Below, one piece after another: positions 52,130-64,000 of a DNA stretch of 64,000 bases; within the stretch, counting starts at the first letter, position 1, and every line of letters begins with the position of its first letter. Under the pieces are notes generated by a model. It worked only from the letters and a program-made list of their open reading frames with translations, did not search any database and was not told the origin of the DNA. The DNA comes from Sarea resinae (lineage: Eukaryota). The stretch is taken from contig JAPEUD010000010.1 of assembly GCA_026026165.1 (NCBI GenBank), forward strand, positions 1 through 64,000, written 5' to 3'. The translations under genes and the position numbers were made by a program.

Positions 52130-54073
52130 TCAATTGACCCGCACCTCTCCAAGCGGTTTAAGGAATCGTTGGTGATCATCGGCTACTTTTCGTCGAAACA
52201 AGCCCAAATCCTTCAAGAGGTCTTCCATATGTGCCTGCGTTTCCAACGCCTCCACCTCGCTTGCGTCTACGTACGCAGCATCGCCATCTGCGTAATACTC
52301 GGTCGTTCGTCGGGTCGGTTTTGGTCTGACTGATGGGCTGCGATTCTCTTTGTCCTTTGGCAGTTCTTGATCGGATATCGGAGTCGTGCTCTTGATTGGT
52401 TCTTCGGGTCTGACAGTAGGAATTGGGGCAGCAGGAATGGGTATCGGATTCTTCAACGACTCTACTGCCAGCTTGAGATGAAGTCGGAGTGCTTCGTTTT
52501 CTGTCTGAAGCGCTTTGATCTTGCATTCGCCGACCTGTCTGGTCTCCTCCATCAACCGCTGCATTTTTTCCACCTGTTTTTGATACTCCTCAAGTTGCTG
52601 ACTTTGCATATCATTCTCCCGTTTTGTGACAGCTTGCTGGCTGACGCTAACTTGTAGCGTGCGAATTGTTTCTTGCATTTCTGCGATTTGGGCGTCACGT
52701 TCAGCAGCTGATACGTGATCCTGGTTGACAATGGCACGGGTGCGAATATGTTTGGCTTGGTCGGCATAGCGGAGCGTGGAAAGGGTCTCGTCGTAGTCTG
52801 ATGGAGCAATGCAGGCGATCATGGCCGTTTTCGAGTTGCCACCTAGGCTGTCTTTGAGCAGCCAGGTCAGGACCGAATCTCGATAAGGTACCACTTCACG
52901 ATGCTTGCGACCACTCGTTCGACCGTGACTAGGTTCAGCCAGAGCAGCAATTACACGTCCTAGGGTTGTGAGAGATTTGTTGATATTGGAGCCTTCTCGC
53001 AGGCGCTGCCCTGTAGCCTCCGTGGCCTTTGCGCGCTCAGAGCCAGCAAGGTCAACGAGCCGGATACGCGCAAGTCTTTCCGTCGTTTCATCGGTCTCCA
53101 TGTCATGATGTATCTGCTTGAGCAAGATGGTAAAGACCGCGTGGGAGCGGGAGGAGGTATCGTTCATCTTTGTCGAGGCAGTGGTGCGGTTCTGAACGGC
53201 ACGTCAGTCTTCAAGTAATACAAAGCCTCCTGAGGTTCTTACTGCGTCGCCTGTTCTCATGAATCGTAAGATTTCTGCGAAGTTCTTGACCGGCACGTCG
53301 GTAAGATCTTTGACGTATGGTCCTTCAGTTGGCGACTCTCGAAGCTTAAGATAGTAGGGCGGGTCTTGACGCGGAATGAGCAGATCTCGGACATGCTCGT
53401 TGTAGACTTCGAAATACGACACGCGGACGCTGTAGCTGATGTTCGGGGAGGAATTGCACTCGATGCGTTGGAATAGATCTTCACATGTCCTCGGGATCAG
53501 ACCGGGCTCTTCGGGTGTGCCCATCATCGTGTAACTTTTGCCAGATCCTGTCTGACCATAGGCAAAAATACAGGTATGGTATCCCTCAAAGTTGTGATCC
53601 AAGTACTCCTCTCCTAGACAATTGTAGACATCCTCTTGATGTGCATAGTGTTCATCGGATCTGTCGTGGGACCAGAAGGAGTTGTCAAATGTGAATTTCT
53701 TTTCTTCAACGATTTTGCGACTTCTTGATCGAGCATTGGCGGAGTCGGAGTCATCAGGGACCAGAAGCTTAGTGTCTTGCGTGTCGGAGTTCATTTGGAC
53801 GAGGCATTTTGCTCCTCTTGCAACCTCTGTCGCGTCAAATGTTAGCCGGCCACCTGATATCGTCATGCAGGAGGGAAAGCTCAAACCTCGAGGGAGGAAT
53901 GCTCGAACGCGGACGACGACTCGCACGTTGCCGCCATGGTTTTCGGACATATTTCGCCCCATCGGTATGACAGCGGATTCCCGAGAACGCAAGGAAGGAG
54001 TGGAAGCTGATGATTTGAGCTGTCGGAGCTCAGACGCTACACTTGGAAAAGGTCGAGGCTCGAGATTCGCCAT
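52130..54073 (-). CDS. Short kinesin-3 motor (UncB/NKIN3-like); start could extend to 54,349
   Basis: [69 protein letters not shown]; short coiled-coil tail without FHA/PH; two introns (~53,887-53,829 and ~53,260-53,192). Confidence 0.93.
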
Positions 54074-54435
54074 GTCTTCCAAGAGAACGATGATATCTTC
54101 GATGAGCTCTTTGTATCTCAGACGCTGGAAAGTGTACATTAGATCTTGAATGGGAAGTAGCTGGTGCGGGTGTTGGCGTCTTGGGGGAGGTAGGGGTGGG
54201 AGTCGCGGTTGCCCCAATGGGGTTAAAGGTAAATAAACGGTCGATGGGGTTGTGACTGTGACGACGGCAATTGCGACCGCTAAGTTGCACTCCAATTGCG
54301 CCGGCCACGGCAAATTCCGCACCGCCCGGCTATCAATTTGGGAGGCCATGGGACCTCGGGGCTGATGATTATTTATACGGACGTGATGGCTTCAATCATC
54401 AATTGAAATGAGGGTGAGGAGCAATTCGAATATCA

Positions 54436-57400
54436 ATGGAGACAGAATCAGCAGATTCGGCCAAAGTCTTGGCCAGTATTGTTCTGAACCAGGTTCCCGA
54501 AGACCGTCGCCCTGATGCATACCAGGCGATCACCTCAAGGCTGGAGTCTTCATCTGCATGGCCTCCTGATTTTGCGGCCGCTCATCTGGTGGCCCAATTG
54601 GCCCAGAATGACCCAGAAGTAATACACTGCCCACCCGGGAGCTTCCCCCACACCACGACGTCTTTATAAGAATCTAACGGTAATCCAGGGTGGATGCTCC
54701 TTCAATGCTCTGTGCACCTTTGTGAAGAAGATTGTCGAATCTATTCCGGATAGTGGCGATTTCCCAGATATGGTCTCTTTTCGGGAAGTGGCAGCTTTTT
54801 GCTACCGATATCCACAGATCATGGAAAAAACGATTTCCGATATAAATTTGGACATCGAACGCAACGTTCTCGGCCTCGAGCCTCCTGTAGGTTTTGCCGG
54901 ACATGACGAGGACGATCATGCGGGTCTTACCCTTACTTCGAAGTATCTAGCTTTACTTCGAGTTTTCCTGTTGATCAATCCAGACTGTGCATCTAGATCC
55001 TCTCTTTCACATCTTTCGTCACTTTTCAAGCTCGTGAGAGCTCCTTACAAAAAGGTAGCATACGCTGCCAGAGATGTCTTGTATGCTTGGTTTGATGGCA
55101 ACCTTGAAAGCCAGCCTGTCAAGGAATTAAATGAGGTCAGAAAAAATTGCTGGGCCTCATTCGACAGTTCTGACGGATTATAGATGATATGGCAGCATAT
55201 CGTCGAGTTGATAACGACAATGGAGGCACCACTTTATCAAGACATTGCCTTTGGCATTTGGCTAAAATGGGTAGATCTACGAGCCTGGTTTTGTTTGGCT
55301 CCCGCGGTAATAAGCAATGATCTATACTGGACATTCCTACAAAGTGGATTGAAGGACGGCTCTTCTGAACGCCGAAAACAGTGTCTCTATATTCTTATGA
55401 ATACGCTACCTCATATCAGAGAATCAGTCCGAACAGAGCACTTTATCTATGACATTGGAGAGCGAGCCACCCTCCAGATACTTTGGGCTAAATACTGCAC
55501 TCTCTTCGAGACCATTGCGCTCGAGCGAGCTCTTAATCAAATTGAGGATGCTCTTCCCGAGCTTCATGGCCTCATCGAATCATCGCTGCTTATCCACGGA
55601 ACCTGGATCACTACACTCCTCACTGTTGGACTCCAACCTTCGATGCCAGACAATATCAAAAAATTGCTTGTCTCATTCCTCATGAGTCTTCGTTCTTCAA
55701 AGGAGCTGTTATTCCTCGAATATTTCCAGGATATCGTCTCAGGCAAGTTGTATTTTGCAGTTTGTAAACAATGATTTTTCCGGTCTGGGGCATTATGATC
55801 CGGCGCCTGAGATGCCTTCACGCAGGGTCCACTGATGTGTTTCGTGCGGTGCTCTGTGCTTCAAGGTCACCTGCTACATCTTTATTTTTTTTAGTGATAC
55901 CTGGATACCGGGTTGGTCATGCCATTTCGCTAAAGGATCCCTTGACTTTTTGCTTCCAGTTTTTTAAGCCCGGCTTTCTCTTGCCCACGAACAATGGTCA
56001 CTATGTAAGGGCCAATGTTTGGCGAATGGCTATGAGAAACTTTGATTCCTATGAGAGGAACGTGCAACGCCTTGTTGTTGTATGCTATTGAGAAAATGTA
56101 CAGTCTTTGTCGCATATTGCACTTATCATTCGAATTCTACAGCTTGCGAGGTGGTGGAGCCTAGTCGTTGACCCTTATTTGATCTCACAGGATATATATT
56201 GCCATATGCTTCCCATGGTCGAGATTTTACCCCAACAAAAGATCTCCATGACACGGATATTATCTGCAAACATGGGAATACTTTAGCAGATTTTATCAGT
56301 GTTAGTTTGCGGTCTATGGACAATGCATCACTAAAACAGGTACATCTCAACTGTTCTCGATTCCCATTCCGTGTTTGAACTAACTAAACATAGTCCTACA
56401 CGCATTCAATATTGAGTTTCGTTCAGGTCAGAGGGAATGCTCTTTTTGAACCGGCCCGAGCGTACATATTGCAAGGGCTTCTTCAGGGGTTGGCGGGAGA
56501 AGGGCCTCTCTTCGGAGATTCCGAACTTGACATTCTGTCAGACATCTGCGCTAAAAAGCACCAGTAAGTAAATGGCTGAAGCTGAAGGATCTTGCTGTAC
56601 GGGCCTTTACTATCTGGGTGTCACTAATGATCATATAGGACGAGCCTGTCTTACGAATTAACTTTCCGCCAATGCCAACCCCTATGCCTTCTCATTGACC
56701 CGAAAGTTGTGAGCTTTGAACAGTTGATTGCGTACGTCATACCGTATGTCACGGACGTGGGATAGGGTCTTGACACTAATAATTTGAAGTAAGCACCCGG
56801 CAACATATCCCGAGCAAGAGCGTTTGATATCGTGGCGGCAGATCGAGGGGTTTGCTCGAGCATTTGGGCCCCAGTGCATCCAGTTCGCTCAATCAATTGT
56901 GAAGGACCAACAGAGCTGCGCCATTCTTGCACCGAATCAGAGATCGTTCCTCATACACGTCTTAATGTCTTCGACCTTAGCGCAAGCCAAGCTCGCAGAG
57001 GGCCTGTAAGTGTAATACCTTGCCCTTCGGTGAAACAATCACTGAAGCCCGAGCCTTTAGAATGGAGCAGCTAGATCCCGCTACTCCTTGCTTTTTGAAG
57101 TCCTTCTTTGGGTACGATACGGAAATACTGATGAGTATGCGTTCTCCTGCTACTGACGCTAAGTCAACACGACTGACGGAGGGGAGAAGATACACTGAAA
57201 GTTGCAAGGATAAGAAATGCCTTAGAGAACCACATTGATGCTCTCATCCTCTCTCTATCAAACTCCGTACTCGACGAATCTTGGACCAGTTTTGTAAAAA
57301 TTCTGAAATCCATCCCATCCGACTCTGGGACAGAAGTACTTGCTATCCTCGAGAAAATGGGATTGGCAGCGTACAGGAATCTAATTCTTACCTTGAGTGG

Positions 57401-59927
57401 CAGTAAAGAAGAACGACAGCACATCGACGCAGTATCTCTGAAAAGACAGTCAATTTTACTTACAATTGCTGCCTGCTACGCTGATGCGGTACCAAGAAAT
57501 GATACTATGCCTTGGTATCTCAAAGACTGGGATCATCGTCGGAGACAATTTTGGATTTCTATGATGGAGATTCCGATCGATAGGTAAGCCGTTTGATTCC
57601 TGAGAATCCTTTGCTATTGTGATCTTTAAGAGCTGATATGCCACTTTAAGCAAGGAACAAATTACTTCTCGAGATAGGTCACTAGCTGCCTGCTTGTGCC
57701 TTCAGCGGTGCCTAATCAGGGATAACCCGGACCTATTGAGGGTGCCAAATGAGCTTACTCTCTTATCATTTACGACACTTATTTTTGAATCGAGACAGTC
57801 TCTGAGGAAAGAAGGATTACTTTCAGCAATCCAGTCTGCATGGTATATTTATGAGCACGTTGAGATCGACGATCGTTCTTCAGAGGCCATTGAGTCAATC
57901 ATCGAGACTATATGGGAGACAACGGAAATACTTCGTTACCCTAGAGAAGCTTTGTTTGAAATCCCGGCGGTCGCCTTCCACCCTCAAGTTCTCGAGACCG
58001 CTTTAAGGAACGATAGATTACCAGCACTATTGACTAATGCAAGAGAACAGAATTTCCTTGACGTAGGACTCCTTTGCTAATCCTTTAATAGATATTGAAT
58101 TGCCTGAGCAAGATGTCCGTCGGAAAGGCCCAGATTTTTGCTCCCCTCGCAAACGCTATCAGAAGAGCATTTATGAGCTCGCCGAGCCATTTGGTCCATG
58201 CTTTACCTTTCGAGGATTTCGTCGTTGCTTTTGCGAGTGATCCCCCCGGTATGAAGTATGAAGTATTACTGGTGGAATCTCTGGCTTTGAAATTTGAAGG
58301 CGTGAGACACAGGTAGGCGGGTCAAATCTCACCCCTTACTGTCCGGCCAAATAAGCTGAGCTAGCTCTCCGAAGGATTTTGCCCAACGGACTAAATTATC
58401 AGCAAAGTCAAGGCTTTGGACGTGCATGCGTTTTTGATATGTTGAACCGCATCAAGGGCCCGAGTATACTCACTGGACGAGCAATTTTTGATAAATTGCT
58501 TACACCATGGTATACGCAAAAGCAGCCTGCACCAATCGTGTGCAAATGGAAAAAGGTATGCCGTTCGTCCAGCATCCTCACTCAGGCATGCTGATTGCTA
58601 TTTATAGACAACACAGCTACAGATGATGGTCATTCTCGCTCGCCAAGGAGTCATAGACGATGTCGGTGAGGCCCGGCGAGAGGTCTTCCATCGGTTATTG
58701 ACGGTCCTTTCATTGGAGTCACTTCCAAAATATCGCTCTCTGCTTCAATGGACCATTCTAGCGTTGATTCCCGAGGACGCTACCTATGACGCCCAGTCAC
58801 TGCTAAGCATCTTAGAGTCGCTCGATCAGTCGAAACCAAAGTATCTTGCTTCCACCATCAAGATTGCCGTTTTGATTGCTAAAGATGCGGCTTCGGACGA
58901 GTCATACTGCTCGAAGCTCATCAAATTGGTCGTTTTCTGGACCGCAAGCTCGAAAGTCGTTGTCCGGTACGAAGCCCAGAGAGCACTTCTCTCAATCTTT
59001 GCTCACGCCAAGGAACGTGGTTGGAAATCGATCATCGAAGACCCTATCTTAATAGCCATTGATGCATCTTATCAGATGACCAAGAAGGAAACAGAACATG
59101 CCCACAATATCAAATTTGAGTCGTTCGATTCCATCCGCAACCCTACTTTGACGGACATATTCGAAGGAGACTATCTGCTTGTAGAACCTGCGGAGCTTCC
59201 TTGCGTGACTAGGACGGACTTTGTTACTGTCTCTCAGACTGATACTACCATGGAAAGGGGCCTGTTAGACTCTCACCCCTCGGTACTGCTAGGAGAAGAG
59301 AGGCGCCGCGTTATTGGCGATATCCTGGAGCAAACAAATGCGCAAAAGACTTCTCAACTTGTTCACAACATGCCTCTGCAGATCAAAAGTGGCTCCTCGC
59401 GCTCACCAGCCCTCAGTGTACGCGCCTCGAACACTTTCGGAGCGGATTCTCATCTCCGCCCGCATGATTTTATCCTCATCGCCTCCCTAATCGAGAACCC
59501 CTATAATATCGGTGGCCTCTCCCGAGTCGCAGAGATCTTCGGCGCAAAGTCCCTATGTGTGCGCGATCTCGGCGTTAGGAAACACGTACAATTTACCTCT
59601 GTTGCCGTTTCTTCGCATTTATGGCTACCGATGGAAGAATTGCCTGTCGGTGGTGTGGCAGAGTTCCTCCGGCAAAAAAGACTCGACGGTTACAGCATCG
59701 CAGGAATCGAGCAGACGGATGTAAGCAAGGTTCTGGGAAAAGGGGACTGGAAGTTTCCGAAGAAGACAGTGCTACTGCTTGGAAGCGAGCGAGGGGGTAT
59801 TCCTGCCCCCCTGTTGGCGGAGATGGATGTTTGTGTCGAGGTCAAGCAAGCTGGTGTGACTAGGAGCATGAACGTCCAGACGGCCGCAGCAATTGTGCTT
59901 TATGAGTATGCCAGACAGCATCGATGA
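54436..59927 (+). CDS. TRM3: tRNA (guanosine-18 2'-O)-methyltransferase, Trm3/TARBP1-like, many introns
   Basis: C-terminal SpoU domain (LIASLIENPYNIGGLSRVAEIFG; VLLLGSERGGIP; TRSMNVQTAAAI) after a long helical N-terminal region spread over many exons. Confidence 0.88.
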
Positions 59928-60300
59928 TGTGATCATACGCTTGGCAATATTAATGGAATGTGTAAAAGGGACCATAGAGATCATATCGTAACATTATTAC
60001 ATAGGCCGCAGTATAGGGGGAGAAAGAGAGATAGAAATGCATGATTTCAGATAGCAATAGGTGCATGTTCAGCGCTCCCTATTGCGTCTGCGATATGGCA
60101 GAATGACTCAGATCTTCATTAATGGACAACTACTTCATCGATTTCGAGAGTGAAGTTATACCGATTCCACTCTTTGCGTGAGCAGACTATACGCAAGATC
60201 TACCATAATTGATAACGAACCCCGAACCTCTTTGCGTTTGCCTAGATCTATCTTCATAACGATGTTGTTAGGTGCTACTTAATTTTACACAGATTATGGT

Positions 60301-62371
60301 TCATCGCCCCCTTCCCTCTCTCAGCTTTCGTAGTTCTTCTTGCTCGGATCTTGCCAGTACCTGAGCCATGCTTGATCGGCATATCATATGGTACACAACG
60401 TTTGAACAGGAGTCAGGCAAATCTTCGTTGTATTAAGCCTTTCGAGACAGACTCTGACACTCTTCAGCCCTATGTTCCATTTCTGCTATCCAAATCGTTC
60501 AGTCTACCGCTTACCGGGCAAATAGCGATCTGCATCTCCATACCGACGTTTACTGTCAGAATCCCGTTCACGGTCACAGTCACGATCTCGTTCTCGCTCT
60601 CGCTCTCGTTCTCGACTTCTTCGTCTTGGAGGCGAGCGTCGATCTCGAGAACGCGAACGAGCGCGATAAGCCTTCCGCGGGGCCGGTGACTTGGATCTGC
60701 TGCGGACTCTGTGGCGTGGACTGCGCGAGCGATCGTACCGACGCCGTGCTGGACTTCTGGATCGACTCCGTCTGTGAGATTCGCGGGTGTATGCCCGTTC
60801 GCGTCTATCTCGCGCCGGTGGTGCTGGAGATCTGCTCCTCGTTGGAAGTTCGTTCCTCGAGCGCTGGTATCTATCGGCCTCCCTCCCCTTCTCTCTTTCT
60901 CTAGTCCTTTCCCTATCACGGTCAAGGGGCTCTCTCTGCTTCCGCGCCTCACTGCGGTCATCGTCGTGCCAATGCTTCGAATAGCGACTTCCACTGCGAC
61001 TTCGGCTGCCAAATCGGGAATGGCCATGGCTATCGCGAGTCTTTGGCCTGGTGACATCTCTACTAGGACTTTTTCTATCATGTGTGCCTAAAGAAGGTCG
61101 TCGCCTAGGTGTCTCGCTCATCCTCGAGGGTTCCGAACTATCGTATTTCGACAGCGATTTGTGCACCTCCTTCGACTTGAGACTTGGAACCTCCCGTAAT
61201 ATTGATTTCGGTGGCAGACCCTTGCGAGGTGGGGGTTCCAGAGACTCAGAGCGATCGAGTTCGGGCCTCGGACGTGCTTTGGCAGCGAGTTCCTGCCCTT
61301 CCTTGAGAAGCAACTGTAGAGCGACTTCGTCTAAATCTTTGTCCTCCTCAGGGAGCCTGATAGTAGAAGCTGAATTGTCTTTCCGGTGACAATCGTGCAC
61401 GCTTGAAGTGTCAGGACGACCTCTTGGATGATCCTTGCGAGGCCTATCTCGGTCCATTTCCTCCAGCCGGCGTCTCTCTCGACGCTCTTCCCGCTCTAGC
61501 TCACGTTGCTGTTCTCGTTCGCGCTCAAGATCCCTCCTCCGCGCGTGCTCCTTCTCCCGTTCAGCTCTACGTTGCTCTTCGCGCTCCTTGTCTTTTCGTC
61601 TAGCTTCTTCTTCCTTGCGCCTCTCTTCCTCCTCATGCTTTCGTTTCTCTTCATCCTTTATCCGCGCCTTTTCCATGTCGATCTCTCGCTGACTTTCCAA
61701 TTCCTCTTGTCGAATCTTCTCCCTGGCCTGATGCCTCAATTCTGCTTCCTCGGCATATTGTCTCTCGGTCTTGCTTCCGATTCGCTCTTCTTCGGCAGCG
61801 GCTTCCTCGTCAACTTCCTGCTTCCTGATATCCCGCAGGGACTTTTCTATACCTTCCAGATCTCGGGTGATCAGGGCACTGATGTCGGCTTCTACGGTCT
61901 TGTAAATATCGCTCCGGTCGGCAGCGCCTTCAATCAGCGTAGCTGCTTTGCCACGATCGCGAGAGAGTAAAGTGGGATCGCGATCAATCTCAGACTCGGC
62001 GAGAGCAACCAGGGAAGCTTTAAGGGATGATACTGCATCCTGAAATAAATTAGAGACATATTGGATTATCGAAGTAGTATGCTCTGTGACGCGCGAGTGT
62101 TATGCGAGAGACCCCTTGGGATGCCCCAGCCACGAAGGTCGGTTTTGTCTGGCAGAAATCATCATGGACTTACACTCGCATCGTATTTGGCCCATAGAGC
62201 TTTTCTAAGCCGATCAAAGTCTCCCTTCTTCTTGTAGATATGGAGGATACTGTCAATAGCGGAGCGTTTGGAGGCGGAGAGTGGGAGATCCGACGTTTTG
62301 AACTTCTTGCGCGGCGGGCCCTCGTCCTCCTGCGACGCAGGCAGGTCCTTTGGAAGCTCTAGGGTCGCCAT
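60301..62371 (-). CDS. SHG1: BOD1/Shg1 (COMPASS-associated) domain protein with coiled coil and RS/RD-rich tail
   Basis: KKFKTSDLPL...YKKKGDFDRLRK and LLSRDRGKAATLIEGA.DRS; long RSRS tail. Intron after 62,174 and a probable last intron ending at 60,360 (otherwise stop at 60,504). Confidence 0.75.
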
Positions 62372-62775
62372 CGCCGTCAAGGCCAGATCTCGTCTTGCGC
62401 CTCAAGATCAACAGTACACTCCGGTGCTGGTTGGGCATAGATGGAAGAGACGATCATCGATTCACGGCCGATCATAAGGAATCGTGACGGGAAGCTCCAC
62501 GGTAGCTACAGGTCCAATCCACCGTACTAGCTTTACGGTACGGTGGGGAGACCATAGAGACGTGCGCGTGAGGAGGTCACCGGAGTAGCGAAGGTACGAA
62601 GGTACCTCCTTACCTAGCGTAGCCGGACTTCAGGAATCATCACATCAGTCCCTACATGAGCTACTCTCTCTCTCTCTCCTCAGTGTGCATCCGACGACGA
62701 TAGCGATACCAAGCAAAAATCCCTCTTAGCTGTTGTTGCATCCTCCCATTATCCCTGATTCTTCATCATACCACA

Positions 62776-63147
62776 ATGGTTCACAAGATCCTATTCTGGG
62801 GCGGCTTCGGTAAGATCTCTCTGGCCTTCAATTCATACCTACCATGGCCCTCTACTAACACGTGCCGTTTCCGTTCAACAGGCCTGGCCGTCCGATTCTG
62901 GCAACTCGGCATCGAGATGCGCCCTTTCTTCAACAAGGAGTCGCTTTGGGCATATCCCGTCTTTGCGGCCGCAGGAGGAAGCTTCGGTTACTGGTTGACG
63001 GGCGTGGAAAGCCGACAATTCAAGATCCTGGCCGACAGGAGAGAATCTCTGTTGGATAAGAGAAGACGGAGGGCGCAGCGGGAAGGCGCGGGTACAAGCG
63101 CGCTGGATTCAACCGAGCAAACCGCCATCATCGCCGGCACGTCCTAA
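62776..63147 (+). CDS. NADH:ubiquinone oxidoreductase accessory subunit (NDUFC2/B14.5b-like), 2 exons
   Basis: MVHKILFWGGF|GLAVRFWQLGIEMRPFF...YPVFAAAGGSFGYWL; 72-nt in-frame intron 62,810-62,881 with ctaac branch site. Confidence 0.85.
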   Translation: MVHKILFWGGFGKISLAFNSYLPWPSTNTCRFRSTGLAVRFWQLGIEMRPFFNKESLWAYPVFAAAGGSFGYWLTGVESRQFKILADRRESLLDKRRRRAQREGAGTSALDSTEQTAIIAGTS

Positions 63148-64000
63148 ATGTTGAAGTAGGGAGGGGAGACATGGGGAATAGGGCGCTTTGCGGAAGACGC
63201 TTCTGCAGGAGGATGTTTCATGCTGGTTCACTTCATCCTGTATACTCACATGGCCGCGGAAGTGTTGTACTCTGCCAATCAATCACAACACCATGATCAC
63301 TCACGCCTTGTTTAGCTTGTCATCCGAACTTTGGACTCAAATAACCATTGATGTGCATCTTTCGAGGATACGCCCCCCTGGTTAATGACGTTGTTCCCCA
63401 TGCGCGCTCAGAAGCATTGACCCACTTGGTTCGACTGATCCAAGAACAATCTTTCAAAAAGCTTCTACGAGCAGGTATATGACTGGCAGAGATGCCGTTC
63501 GTGGCTGAGGCTCATGCATAGCATCCTAAATGCCGAAAGAAGGCACAATCTCCGGTGCCCTTGGAATAGCCTGAAGCGTGCTGACGTAGTACTGTTAAAT
63601 CATCTGAGCTCTGTAGTCGTGTCTGAGCAATCAGCAGACGGATCCATTCTCTATGATCCGAGCTCGAAAATTATATGCAGAGAGGGGGAAGAGTAAATCC
63701 GAACCTATAAGAAACCTCGATCAAATTCGACAAAAATTTGCAAAATGCCCAGACCACTGAGCAATGGCAGTCCTCCGAAAACGCATAGTGAATTTGTCTT
63801 ATCAATTTCTCTTGAAGCGAAAGGCTGCCCGGCCTCAAAAGGCCATCATGGTTGACGATAATGAAATGCTCATTCTGCCGGGGTGTGAGTACGACGTGAA
63901 CACAGTCCTCCGCCGAAGTTGGAGAGAGGGCCGCTTAAAGCTATTTTGCGCAGGCAGATGACACCGAGTATGCCTCTACACCAAGATGACTTTCTGATCG

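Noticed and set aside
55136..55186. In-frame TAG between consecutive TRM3 ORFs (readthrough or pseudogene?)
   Set aside because: The TAG is the acceptor of a 48-nt GT...ctgac...TAG intron.
38531..63385. Many overlapping/antisense ORFs in the gene-rich half
   Set aside because: Shadow frames of real genes with no independent motifs.
63514..64000. Short ORFs at the window end
   Set aside because: No recognisable motif; may be part of a gene extending beyond the window but cannot be supported.

Overview
Filamentous ascomycete (Pezizomycotina-like) genomic DNA in two sharply separated compartments. Bases 1 to ~38,540 are an AT-rich block of nested repeats degraded by RIP-type C>T/G>A mutation. 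It holds copia LTRs and a copia internal fragment, a Plavaka-type transposase relic, several cargo-like pseudogenes including a SNF2 helicase, two complete Ty3/gypsy elements with paired LTRs and TSDs, and a hAT-type MITE with an 8-bp TSD. Bases ~38,550-64,000 are a GC-balanced, gene-dense region with nine intron-containing genes: alpha-MPP, FHA-RING Dma1, bestrophin/UPF0187, MTC2-like, VPS16, kinesin-3, TRM3, SHG1/BOD1-like and a complex I NDUFC2-like subunit. The best finding is invisible to the ORF track. The 11.2-kb gypsy element (12,220-23,430) carries, between integrase and 3' LTR, an extra single-frame ~895-codon ORF with a Cys/His cluster and a 2OG-Fe(II) dioxygenase-like domain (HxD...H...R). 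The second gypsy also has an extra 3' ORF. Both are inserted in what may be a ~15-kb cargo-bearing DNA element (Plavaka + SNF2 + unknown ORFs). Protein calls in the AT-rich block come from manual translation with mental RIP reversion; no database searches were run.
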